Assembly (NCBI GenBank): GCA_964606745.1
Contig: CAZSHJ010000003.1
Coordinates: forward strand, 4,806 to 68,805
Length of the DNA: 64,000 nt
Direction: 5' to 3'
Source of the DNA: an uncultured Thermoplasmatales archaeon
GTDB lineage: Archaea; Thermoplasmatota; E2; UBA202; DSCA01
Shown: in pieces, positions 40,420-49,252 of the stretch
How positions within the stretch are numbered: position 1 is the first letter of the stretch
Layout of the letters: every line of letters begins with the position of its first letter
Notes under the pieces: model-generated
What the model was told of the DNA's origin: nothing
The model's input: only the letters and a program-made list of their open reading frames with translations
Databases searched by the model: none
Translations under genes and position numbers: made by a program

Positions 40420-40640
40420 TCTAAGTATGTAACCGCTAGCTTGAATAAGTTTAAGACATTTTGTGGAGGACAGATGAGATTCACTGAATGCTATCCCATA
40501 TTGGACAGTTAGTAAGTTTCCAAATATTTAGTACATGAAAACATAGAAACAACAGCTCGATACCTACATTTGATAGATGGAGACTTGCGAAAATTAATCA
40601 ATAATCCAAATGTAAAAGACCCTCTCACGCAAAGAAACGG
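40420..40640 (+). pseudogene. Frameshifted 3' remnant of a tyrosine recombinase/integrase.
   Basis: In one frame, ...GGQMRFTECYPILDS* (RHT-box-like). In a second frame, YLVHENIETTARYLHLIDGDLRKLINN, which matches the LGH...TT..Y.H catalytic Tyr region. Confidence 0.45.
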
Positions 40641-40850
40641 CAAAAATCGATATGCCATTGTAAAACCCTATCCGTTGAATGAAATGGGCCCACAGGGGCT
40701 GGGAGGGTACAGCGAAACATTTTTCCTGTTCTTGTATTTCCGATAATGATTGCGGTCATTTTACCCTTCACTTTTAGGGTAAAACAGAAGGATGTCATTT
40801 CGACCTAATTTAAGCCGTGCTGGCCTTATCGTATCTACATCTGGTTCTGT

Positions 40851-41037
40851 CAATAAATTCGGTTCTGGTGCAATTCCGGGTCTTTTCTCTCCACAAACGT
40901 TACGCCGTCCCACTTGTGCGTTCCTGTGAAACCCCCCCCACCATATACACATATATATGTTATAGGAATCTTAATTTCATTGCCGTTTGCCGGCACGCCA
41001 ATGCAGGGGACGTGAGGGTGTTCAACAGATGTAAAAC
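40851..41037 (+). repeat. Intergenic repeat family R, copy 2 (full length).
   Basis: ATAAATTCGGTTCTGGTGCA...CACAAACGTTACGCCGTCCCACTTGTGCGTTCCTGTGAAACCCCCC...TATA-rich...TTCAACAGATGTAAAACCC followed by TTGATTTTTT. Confidence 0.7.
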
Positions 41038-41285
41038 CCTTGATTTTTTAAGAATAGCCTTCTCATCTTCTCCAACAAAGAAAATCTTTTGTACTCGTCC
41101 TTTGACCTGTGCAAATGTCCAGGAAATACTCCGAGTTTGTTATATTCACTGAAAGCACCTTCGCTTTCTGGGTGCTCTTTCTCCATCTCATTTTTTATTT
41201 TAGCAAACAGGGTATGGAGCTGAATTAATTCTTCTTTTTGCATCCTGTCACGGTGGGATAAATAAATTTGGTTTAGAATGTGCAA
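41022..41285 (-). CDS. Hypothetical small protein.
   Basis: 87-aa ORF that overlaps the 3' end of repeat R2. Confidence 0.3.
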   Translation of the reverse strand: MHILNQIYLSHRDRMQKEELIQLHTLFAKIKNEMEKEHPESEGAFSEYNKLGVFPGHLHRSKDEYKRFSLLEKMRRLFLKNQGFYIC

Positions 41286-41884
41286 TGTCCAAACTCTGGA
41301 GGATTTCCAATCTTTCCGTACAACACAGTAATCCTTCCTAACACTTCATCTATTAAAGATTGATCATTATTCATCCACTTCAAATCATTTTTTAATTCGT
41401 CGTGAATACTTTCACAATCTACCGCAACAGCATCTTCTTTAGCAATGACACAAAAATAAAACTGCACATCACCATTTATCTTGTACTCATTTCCACCCAT
41501 ATCGCCAGTTACGGGATTGAACAGGAGTTTCTCTGAAAAATTATTTCTTGCTTTAAAATAGTCCACGAATTTATAAAAGTCACCCTGATAATAAGGGTAA
41601 TTAGAATGTTTTAGCTCTACAAATGCTGTTATCTCCCCGCCCTTACATATTAGGTAGTCTGGAGAATAGTGCCCCAAGTTTAACAAGGTAGGCTTTGCAA
41701 ATAATTCATACCCATCTTTCTCGATGTTTTTTATTAGGTAATGGCCCAAACGAAAGTCCAGGTCGCCTTCATAGGCTATTTTTCCATCCTCATAGTATCG
41801 TTTAATATCTTCATTCCATATCTTCAAAATCACTGTTTTAATCATAGAATTTTCATCATGCATATAGTTTAATCCTGTTTCCAA
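41273..41884 (-). CDS. Hypothetical protein with a possible PD-(D/E)xK nuclease motif.
   Basis: 203 aa. HYSPDYLICKGGEITAFVELKHS fits a PD...ExK pattern. Confidence 0.35.
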   Translation of the reverse strand: METGLNYMHDENSMIKTVILKIWNEDIKRYYEDGKIAYEGDLDFRLGHYLIKNIEKDGYELFAKPTLLNLGHYSPDYLICKGGEITAFVELKHSNYPYYQGDFYKFVDYFKARNNFSEKLLFNPVTGDMGGNEYKINGDVQFYFCVIAKEDAVAVDCESIHDELKNDLKWMNNDQSLIDEVLGRITVLYGKIGNPPEFGHCTF

Positions 41885-41908
41885 TATTTAAGCATTACTG
41901 GTTCACTC

Positions 41909-42025
41909 GGGTTCTGTTTCAAATACAGGTCTTTTCCCTGCACAAACGTTACGCCATCATACTTGCGGGTACTGTGAAACCCCCCCGCTATATGTATATA
42001 GATATATTATGGGAATTAGATTACT
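41909..42025 (+). repeat. Intergenic repeat family R, copy 3 (5' and TATA portion, diverged).
   Basis: GGGTTCTGTTTCAAATACAGGTCTTTTCCCTGCACAAACGTTACGCC...CTGTGAAACCCCCCCGCTATATGTATATAGATATATTATGGGAATT. Confidence 0.65.
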
Positions 42026-42170
42026 CATCAGAAATGTTTTTGTTTTTCATTTAGAAGCTTAGCTATTTCATCTGATTTGGTCTGACCTGTTTCTTTTAGT
42101 TTCTTATATACTTGTGAATCCAACTGATTAAGTAAAAGTTTAAGTAGAATCTTTACATCTATCTCCATAG

Positions 42171-42428
42171 GTGATGAAAATGATAGAGGCTTTTATCTTA
42201 TTGACGCTAGAGGCGGATAAAGTCAAGGAAGTACTTAAAAATATAAAGAAAAAAGTACCTGAGGTCAAAGAAGCAAAAGGGATAACAGGACCGTATGATG
42301 CGATACTTCGGGTAGATGCAAAGGATCTACAGGATCTTACAAGAGAGATTGTCTCCACAATCTACAGAATAAATGGGGTCATTGACACAACGACAGCAAT
42401 AGTCATAGAATCAAGTGAAGACGAATAA
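42171..42428 (+). CDS. Stand-alone Lrp/AsnC-type ligand-binding (RAM) domain protein.
   Basis: 85 aa. MIEAFILLTLEADKVKEVLKNIKK.PEVKEA.GITGPYDAILRVDAKDLQDLTREIV....GV.DT.T.IVIE matches the AsnC C-terminal domain. Confidence 0.6.
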   Translation: MMKMIEAFILLTLEADKVKEVLKNIKKKVPEVKEAKGITGPYDAILRVDAKDLQDLTREIVSTIYRINGVIDTTTAIVIESSEDE

Positions 42429-43641
42429 TCATATTATTGGAATTTTATCAATGTCAAACAATCCTCCTAAGAACATAAATTCATCATCCTGCAGGGAAGA
42501 TTATGCTAGAAAAAGAAAGATATTAAGAAGAAGAAGATTAAGAAGAGAAAGAATACTACTCCATCAAATTAGAAGAAATACAAAGATCGCTGCTTTTAGA
42601 ATATCAACAATTAAAGTTGAAAAACTTAGAATAACTCCGGTAGAAGGTCTGGCGATACTCGTGGGTACACTGGTAGGGGCGGGAGTTCTTGGTTTACCTT
42701 ATGCTGCATCAAAGGTAGGTCTTATACCAGCAATGGGGATTTTATTTGGAATTATGCTGCTCATGCTTTTCACATCATTCATTGTCCTAAAATTATCAGC
42801 TGAAATGGGTGGAGCCCAAATGAGTACAATTGCACAAAGCTCTCTAGGTAAAACCGGTGGCTGGATAATGTACCTCAGCATCATGATAACGGGTTTCGGA
42901 GCTTTTCTCGCCTATATAGCAGGAATTGGAAGTATTTTCACAAATTTATTTGGAGTTAACGAGACCATTGGGGCCATCTTTTTCTGGATTCTTGCTTCAT
43001 CTGTAATATACTTGGGTTTGGAGGCCAGTGGAAAAACAGAGTTGATAATGAGCTTGTTGCTGCTAGCTATTTTCATAGGTATAACCGGTATGCTTCTCCC
43101 ACATGCAAGATTAGAGAATGCGCTCTATGCAGATTATACCGGTATATTTTCTATGATGGGTGTTGTCATATTTGCTTTTGGATTCCATACGGTTATACCA
43201 GATGTTTATAGAGGAATTGGAAGCTACAAGAAAACGAAGAAAATTATTGTATTGGCATTCCTTATCCCCACTGTTGTCTACGCGGTTTTTATGGTTGTAT
43301 TCCTAATGACATTTGGCAAAAATACTCCTCAGGTAGCAACCCAGGGGCTTGAAACCATTTATAATGGAATGGGAAACGTTGTTGGTAATGCGTTACCCTT
43401 AATTGCTATAACAACAAGTTATATCGGATTGGGTCTTGCACAGCAAAGTAACAGTAAAGAGTTCCTCAGATTGAAAAAACCAGCTGCATGGGCACTGACC
43501 GTTGTTCCACCAATAATTATTTATCTTGCAGGTGTAAAAAACTTTGCCGATATTCTATCATTTTCAGGTAACACTGGTGACCTGATGGCTTTCATAATTC
43601 TTCCTATACTGATATGGATTATAAGACGTGTTTCCCGATGA
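42415..43641 (+). CDS. Amino-acid permease (APC/aromatic amino acid transporter-like) with a basic N-terminal extension.
   Basis: 408 aa with about 11 TM helices. It overlaps the RAM-domain gene by 14 bp. Confidence 0.55.
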   Translation: MKTNNHIIGILSMSNNPPKNINSSSCREDYARKRKILRRRRLRRERILLHQIRRNTKIAAFRISTIKVEKLRITPVEGLAILVGTLVGAGVLGLPYAASKVGLIPAMGILFGIMLLMLFTSFIVLKLSAEMGGAQMSTIAQSSLGKTGGWIMYLSIMITGFGAFLAYIAGIGSIFTNLFGVNETIGAIFFWILASSVIYLGLEASGKTELIMSLLLLAIFIGITGMLLPHARLENALYADYTGIFSMMGVVIFAFGFHTVIPDVYRGIGSYKKTKKIIVLAFLIPTVVYAVFMVVFLMTFGKNTPQVATQGLETIYNGMGNVVGNALPLIAITTSYIGLGLAQQSNSKEFLRLKKPAAWALTVVPPIIIYLAGVKNFADILSFSGNTGDLMAFIILPILIWIIRRVSR

Positions 43642-43887
43642 TTAGCATACATCTTCAAAAATGATAGATAACTCTGCTTTGTGGAGGGGGGTGACAGATT
43701 CCACGATAAATTTTGCGGTTGGTGCACCGGTTCTGGTGCATATACGACTGTTACTATTTAGTTGGTGCATTCGACTGTCACACTCCTTCCCATTAAATCC
43801 AACATTTTATTCCTTCCAAGATTTAAGTCAATCCCTGCTTCCTCTGCCGGAGCGAACCGTAACGGGTTCTGGTGCAAAAGTGGCATT

Positions 43888-44310
43888 TTATAGCTTTCCT
43901 GCGAACTCGTCGAGTTCCCTTTCCCAGTTTCCTGTCAGACCGTTGCCGGTATTGGCATCTTTTCCGACCTTAAAATCCACGCCGGCCACCTTAACCATAT
44001 TCTTCTTCGAGAGAAGTTTCTCCATCTTTTGAAGCCAGTTCCTTTCCATTGCATGTGTGTTGATTATAGCGTATCTTTTTCCTTCCATGTCCTCCAGCTT
44101 CTTCATAAAACTCCTCATGTTCTTCTGGATGTTGAATGCCTCAGTCGGGGCAGAGAATACATACAGGTTTGCTTCGGGCATTGCGACAGGGTTTGCCTCA
44201 TCGGTTTTGAAAATCTGGACTTCCCCTTTCTCCCTCAGCTTTTCTGCGAGGTAATCAACAATCTTCTTTCCGTTGCCATATCTTGACCAATAAACGGTGA
44301 CATATTTCAT
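43888..44310 (-). CDS. Flavodoxin-like fold protein.
   Basis: 140 aa. MKYVTVYWSRYGNGKKIVDYLAEKL resembles a flavodoxin N-terminal phosphate-binding loop. Confidence 0.4.
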   Translation of the reverse strand: MKYVTVYWSRYGNGKKIVDYLAEKLREKGEVQIFKTDEANPVAMPEANLYVFSAPTEAFNIQKNMRSFMKKLEDMEGKRYAIINTHAMERNWLQKMEKLLSKKNMVKVAGVDFKVGKDANTGNGLTGNWERELDEFAGKL

Positions 44311-44364
44311 AAACTCACCAGTATAAGATACGAATCATATATAAGAATGTAACAGTAAACATAT

Positions 44365-44543
44365 GGTTCTGGTGCAAATACAGGTCTTTTCCCTTCACAA
44401 ACGTTACGCCGTCCTACTTGTGCGTTCCTGTGAAACCCCCCTGTTATATGTATATAGATATATAATAGGAATTGATAAAACGTTTCCGGCGTGTGTGTGG
44501 CGATTGGGAGCTGACGGACACCATTCAACAGATGTAAAACCCC
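44365..44543 (+). repeat. Intergenic repeat family R, copy 4 (full length).
   Basis: GGTTCTGGTGCAAATACAGG...CTTGTGCGTTCCTGTGAAACCCCCCTGTTATATGTATATAGATATATAATAGGAATT...TTCAACAGATGTAAAACCCC followed by ATTATTTTT. Confidence 0.7.
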
Positions 44544-44544
44544 A

Positions 44545-44718
44545 TTATTTTTCGGCAATCATATATGGAATCCCATCCTTTATTTTGTATGTGGCTCTGC
44601 ATTTCGTGCATGTGAACATTCCCTCCAGGATATCATCGCCTTCCATTTCTTTCACCTCCAGCTCAAGTTCGCCACGGCATGCGGGACAGCACATCATCTG
44701 GATAAATTCTTTCTTCAT
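44545..44718 (-). CDS. Trm112-like zinc-ribbon small protein (57 aa). It is missing from the ORF track, which uses a 60-aa minimum.
   Basis: Translation of the reverse strand gives MKKEFIQMMCCPACRGELELEVKEMEGDDILEGMFTCTKCRATYKIKDGIPYMIAEK, carrying the CPxC...CxxC Trm112/UPF0434 signature. Confidence 0.6.
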   Translation of the reverse strand: MKKEFIQMMCCPACRGELELEVKEMEGDDILEGMFTCTKCRATYKIKDGIPYMIAEK

Positions 44719-44761
44719 CATTATGACATAAACAAATTAAATAAAAATGTGATTACCATAC

Positions 44762-45544
44762 ATGCGTCTTGCACTGAAAATTGCATATGACGGAACATAC
44801 TACCATGGTTACGCCCGCCAGCCCGGCATTGTCACAATCGAGGGAGAAATTGCGAGAAAATTGGAGGAGATGGGTGCAATTAAAAGTGGAAAAGATTCAT
44901 ACCTTCAGGTTGCATCAAGGACGGACGGGGGTGTCAGTGCCGCGGGAAACGTAATTGCTTTTGACACCGATATGGATAGCAACTCAATTGTGAATGCTCT
45001 TGTCCATGCCCTGAAGGAGATATGGGTTGTGGGTTTTGCAGAGGTGCCGTGTGATTTCAATCCGCGTTACGCCATGGGTAAAAAATACAGATACTACCTT
45101 TACAATGACGGGCTTGATGTTGATGCCATCAAAAATGCGGTGGGATTGTTTGTGGGAGAACACGACTTCACAAACTTTGCCCGGCTGGACGGGAGAAATC
45201 CCGTAAGGAGAATCCGGAAGGCAAGGGTTTTGCCCGGCAGGATAATGAAGATGGATTTCGAGGGCAATAGCTTTTTATGGAATCAGGTAAGACGTATGGC
45301 GGCTGCGGCGGAAAAAGCCGGAAGGGGAGAGATTTCTGCGGAAGATATCGGGAATGCTCTGAGGGTAAAATGTAGAAAAAGTTTTGGTACTGCACCGCCG
45401 GAAAATCTGCTGCTAGTAAGTGTAGCATACCAGGAAAGTCTGGATTTTCATCCGGTCAGAAAATCGGAAAAGTTTGTGTCCGGCACATTAAAAAAGTTGG
45501 AATTGAGGACGACAATGGCGAGCGACATTATGACATTCTTGTAA
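44762..45544 (+). CDS. truA: tRNA pseudouridine(38-40) synthase TruA.
   Basis: LKIAYDGTYYHGYARQPG, with the catalytic Asp in the RTDGGVSAAGN block. Confidence 0.8.
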   Translation: MRLALKIAYDGTYYHGYARQPGIVTIEGEIARKLEEMGAIKSGKDSYLQVASRTDGGVSAAGNVIAFDTDMDSNSIVNALVHALKEIWVVGFAEVPCDFNPRYAMGKKYRYYLYNDGLDVDAIKNAVGLFVGEHDFTNFARLDGRNPVRRIRKARVLPGRIMKMDFEGNSFLWNQVRRMAAAAEKAGRGEISAEDIGNALRVKCRKSFGTAPPENLLLVSVAYQESLDFHPVRKSEKFVSGTLKKLELRTTMASDIMTFL

Positions 45545-45606
45545 ACGCAATTGAACGAAATAAATATATACACATTTCCCATTCTTGTAAGTAAGGTGAT
45601 TGTATA

Positions 45607-46308
45607 ATGAAAGCGAATGCAGTTAAATTTGGTTTGGTTTTGGGGGTGGCAGCACTTTTGGTTGCGCCGATGTTATTTGCACCGGCATCTTCGAGTGATT
45701 CGCCGAAGGTCATACCTGTAAACTGCTCTGTTGTAAAGCAAAAAGGGGCTTCTCTTGACATGCAGCAAACAATAACAGTCAGGGAGGCGAAGGAATTAAC
45801 CCGGAAATGCAATGATGCGGCGCAGTCGTTCGAGGTACTCTGTTCGAATTCATCCTCTGATGGGGAGAAGGACAGGGCAAGGGAGATTATAGAAAATGCA
45901 GTGGATATGATGATAGACCTTAATATACTGACTGCAGAATATGCTACGTATGTGGCGAATATGCTGTTCTGGCCATGCGGACCGTCACACGGCTTTGACA
46001 TATTCGCACCCGTAATCAGTGTGGGGCAGGGTTGCTCGTGGATTCCCCTTTATCCTGGAGAAGCGTTCCTGGGCATTATGCTGAGGCCTATATTTGTGTT
46101 GTATCCCCTCGTGGGTTATACGGCTTCTCTCGGTGTTAACCTGTTGCCGCCGCGAATAGAGTACTGGGATCTTGTCGGACCGCAGGTCTTTATGGCATGG
46201 GGATTTGCCGGGATATACCTCAACTTCGGTAAGATCGGGCTTGGAGTGCCTAATACAAATTTCATGCTAGGTTATTCTATTGCCACGGCGGGAATAAGCC
46301 TTCTTTAG
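45607..46308 (+). CDS. Secreted/membrane hypothetical protein.
   Basis: Signal peptide and C-terminal hydrophobic segments. Confidence 0.4.
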   Translation: MKANAVKFGLVLGVAALLVAPMLFAPASSSDSPKVIPVNCSVVKQKGASLDMQQTITVREAKELTRKCNDAAQSFEVLCSNSSSDGEKDRAREIIENAVDMMIDLNILTAEYATYVANMLFWPCGPSHGFDIFAPVISVGQGCSWIPLYPGEAFLGIMLRPIFVLYPLVGYTASLGVNLLPPRIEYWDLVGPQVFMAWGFAGIYLNFGKIGLGVPNTNFMLGYSIATAGISLL

Positions 46309-46371
46309 AGCTTTTTCCTTTTTTATATTTTTTTAACTTTTTTAAAATTTTTTTGATGCCAAATTTTATTA

Positions 46372-47310
46372 ATGGTATTTGTATTTAGGTGGTTAATGGG
46401 TGGACAATTCAAGGCATGGATACAACTGGTTAGACCGTTTACTCTCGTAGCTCCGTTTATAGCGATATTTTTCGGAGTCATTATCCAGCTTGCAGTATAC
46501 GGGAACCTGGCAGCATTCTGGCCAAATCTGCCGACGATACTTTTTGCATCTCTTGCACTATCTGCAGCTCAGGCGGTGGGGCAGATTCTAAATCAGGTGG
46601 AGGATGTTGAAATAGATATATTGAACCATAAGGATTACCGCCCCATACCGAGCGGAAAAGTAAATGTGGGGCAGGCCGAGATGGCCAGCTGGTCGCTCGC
46701 CATATTTTCCGTACTTGTCGGCTTTGCGGTGAATATTTATTATGGGATGTTCATGACGACTTTTCTTTTGTTCGGCATACTGTATAATCTCGAGCCTTTC
46801 AGGGTGAAAAAACGCCTGTGGATGAATACGGCATCACTTGCACTGTCCCGTGGTTTGCTTCCTTTACCGGCGGCGTGGAGCATATTCGGTAACCCCGCCG
46901 ATGCGGCCCCGTGGCTTCTCGGTAGCATAATGGCTGTCTGGGTGCTTGCATGGCAGAATACTAAGGACATTGACGATGTTGAGGGCGACAGGGATTGCAG
47001 GATAATGACGCCCGTAGTTTATCATAAAGGGAAGACATTGACTCGCATAATGGGCATTTTATCGTTAATTACATTTACCCTGCTCACTTTTTATATTGTT
47101 TCCGGATGGCTTCCGTCCAGTATGGCAATTTTATTCATCCTGGCGTTGCCTACATTCTGGATGTTTTACAAGATGGCCAGAAATGACATATCTATTACTT
47201 CACTGGAAAATAATGAATTATGGGCATCCTTTTACCTTACACTGGCAGGTTTTTATATAGTTGCCGCTGCAGCATACCTCGTGGGTCCTTACCTGACTCT
47301 TTTTTCGTAG
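46372..47310 (+). CDS. UbiA-family prenyltransferase, possibly digeranylgeranylglyceryl phosphate synthase.
   Basis: Nine TM helices, an Asp-rich motif NQVEDVEID and a second motif KDIDDVEGD. Confidence 0.65.
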   Translation: MVFVFRWLMGGQFKAWIQLVRPFTLVAPFIAIFFGVIIQLAVYGNLAAFWPNLPTILFASLALSAAQAVGQILNQVEDVEIDILNHKDYRPIPSGKVNVGQAEMASWSLAIFSVLVGFAVNIYYGMFMTTFLLFGILYNLEPFRVKKRLWMNTASLALSRGLLPLPAAWSIFGNPADAAPWLLGSIMAVWVLAWQNTKDIDDVEGDRDCRIMTPVVYHKGKTLTRIMGILSLITFTLLTFYIVSGWLPSSMAILFILALPTFWMFYKMARNDISITSLENNELWASFYLTLAGFYIVAAAAYLVGPYLTLFS

Positions 47311-48917
47311 TCAAGATTTTTGCTCATGTAGACCCCGTCTTTTTTGTACCCCAAGCGTCTGTAATATTCTCTGGTACCTACACCACTTAAAACCAGGATT
47401 TTTTCTTTTCCTGCATCTCTTGCGGCATTCTCCGCCTCGCCCAGCAATTGCCTCCCGTATCCCCTATGTTGCCATTCTTGATATGCTTTTTTTCCTATTG
47501 GAACGAGGGGTCCGCTTACTCTCAACTCCCTTACCAATGCATCATTCGCACCGATTTCATGGCGGTGGGGCATGAAAGGGAATCGTAGTCTGCAGTAGCC
47601 CACTATCACATCATTTTTCCCATCTTCAATTGATATAAATATTTCTTTTCCGGCGCTCGCTTTGTAATCTCTCTTCACAATCTCCACTTTCCCTATACAC
47701 ACATTGTCTTTATACTGCCGGTGGCCCACTTCTCTGCACCGTATGCACCTGCATTTTCTCCCTTCGTTTTCCATGCGTTTGAGAACAAGCTGCCGCAAAT
47801 TGCTTTTTTTGATGCCCGCATCAATCAAATTTGCCGGAATATCTCTTTCCACACGCTGTATACGAACCCACTCGGGTACATATCTCTTCATTTCGGCGAT
47901 AAGATCAATGGCATCATTCGTATCAAGCGGTTTGTATTTCCCTCTTTTCCATTTCTCGTATAGTAATGATGGATTTACCACTAGTGTGGGATAGATTTTC
48001 AGCATGTCGGGTTTGAATTTCTCGTCTTCGAACATCCTTTTAAAGGACTCGACGTCATCATCCCGTCCGCTTCCCGGCAACCCCGGCATTATGTGGTAAC
48101 ATACTTTCAATCCGGCATCCTTGGATATCCTCGTAGCATCCGTGGTATCCGAAACAGTATGTCCCCTCCTTATTTCGTATAATACCCGGTCGTTCAGAAT
48201 CTGGGCACCCAGTTCGATTCTCGTTGCACCCATACCCAAAATCCTGTCCACGTGATGCAATCTGCACCAGTCAGGCCTTGTTTCTACAGTCATGCCTGTG
48301 CACCTATACTTTGCCTTCTCGTTCAAAACCTCTGCATCTTCCAGTGTTGTAGTCCTTTTTTCATTCATGGCATCGTAGCATCTCTTCACAAACCATTCCT
48401 GGTAGTCAAAATCCCTGGCTGTAAAAGTTCCTCCCATTATTATAAGTTCGATTTTATCTGTCGGATGCCCTACAATTTCAAGCTGCTTTATCCTGCCGGC
48501 TGTTTGTTCAAACGGGTCGTAGTTGTACATAATTGCCCGCTGGGCGGCAGGCTCCTTGCCCGTATAGCTCTGGGCGGAGAATGGCGGCCCTCCGGGGCAT
48601 GGGATACATCTCCCGTGGGGGCATTCGTATGGCGAGGTCATTACGGCGACAATTGCCACGCCCGAGAGTGTCCTTACGGGCTTTTTTTGTAATATTGCAT
48701 CTATCTCTTGTTTTTGCCCACCGGGGATGTGTGAATGTATATCTGCATTTGTGGGCATTCTGGCAAGACCGTATTTCTTGCAAAATTCTTTTTTAAATTT
48801 CTCCAGAGACTTCCTTCCGGTTATCTTTCCCTCATTTATGGCTTCCAGTATTTTCCCCGCCAGTTTTTTTATCTTTTCCTCCTCACAGTCATTCATTTGA
48901 AAATTGTATTTTTTCAT
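47289..48917 (-). CDS. elp3: Elp3 homolog: a radical-SAM plus GNAT tRNA uridine-34 acetyltransferase.
   Basis: YECPHGRCIPCPGG radical-SAM cluster region and a C-terminal GNAT block QHRGYGRQLLGEAE. Confidence 0.85.
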   Translation of the reverse strand: MKKYNFQMNDCEEEKIKKLAGKILEAINEGKITGRKSLEKFKKEFCKKYGLARMPTNADIHSHIPGGQKQEIDAILQKKPVRTLSGVAIVAVMTSPYECPHGRCIPCPGGPPFSAQSYTGKEPAAQRAIMYNYDPFEQTAGRIKQLEIVGHPTDKIELIIMGGTFTARDFDYQEWFVKRCYDAMNEKRTTTLEDAEVLNEKAKYRCTGMTVETRPDWCRLHHVDRILGMGATRIELGAQILNDRVLYEIRRGHTVSDTTDATRISKDAGLKVCYHIMPGLPGSGRDDDVESFKRMFEDEKFKPDMLKIYPTLVVNPSLLYEKWKRGKYKPLDTNDAIDLIAEMKRYVPEWVRIQRVERDIPANLIDAGIKKSNLRQLVLKRMENEGRKCRCIRCREVGHRQYKDNVCIGKVEIVKRDYKASAGKEIFISIEDGKNDVIVGYCRLRFPFMPHRHEIGANDALVRELRVSGPLVPIGKKAYQEWQHRGYGRQLLGEAENAARDAGKEKILVLSGVGTREYYRRLGYKKDGVYMSKNLDYEKRVR

Positions 48918-49214
48918 TTACGTATATGTCATGCCGCTTTCGCTGTCTATCCTTTCGTCATCAGAATAATATTTTTCGATGATATCATTTTTATCGACGA
49001 ATGTTTCCTTCAGCCGTGTTATACGTTTTTTGAATTCACTATCATGTATATCCATCTCCTTGTAAATCCTGCTTATGAGTTTTACCAAGTCTGAAAATAT
49101 CGGAACCAGGGCTTCCTGTGTTTCATAAATTTCCTCGAGCATGGCCTCATTATATCTGATTTCATCTTCCAGTTCCTTGATTTTACGGGAAATATCCTTC
49201 TTATCGGTCTTCAT
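48918..49214 (-). CDS. Hypothetical coiled-coil protein.
   Basis: 98-aa ORF immediately upstream of elp3. Confidence 0.35.
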   Translation of the reverse strand: MKTDKKDISRKIKELEDEIRYNEAMLEEIYETQEALVPIFSDLVKLISRIYKEMDIHDSEFKKRITRLKETFVDKNDIIEKYYSDDERIDSESGMTYT

Positions 49215-49252
49215 TATTTCATCTCCGGGGATTATGAAAATGGGAAAGATTA

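Noticed and set aside
38445-44543. Whether the 5' module of repeat R is a tRNA fragment or tRNA-derived att core.
   Set aside because: No T-arm (GTTCRANYC) and no cloverleaf can be formed in either orientation. The similarity to the tRNA-Pro 3' half (GGTGCTGGT versus GGTTCTGGT) is too short to support the claim.
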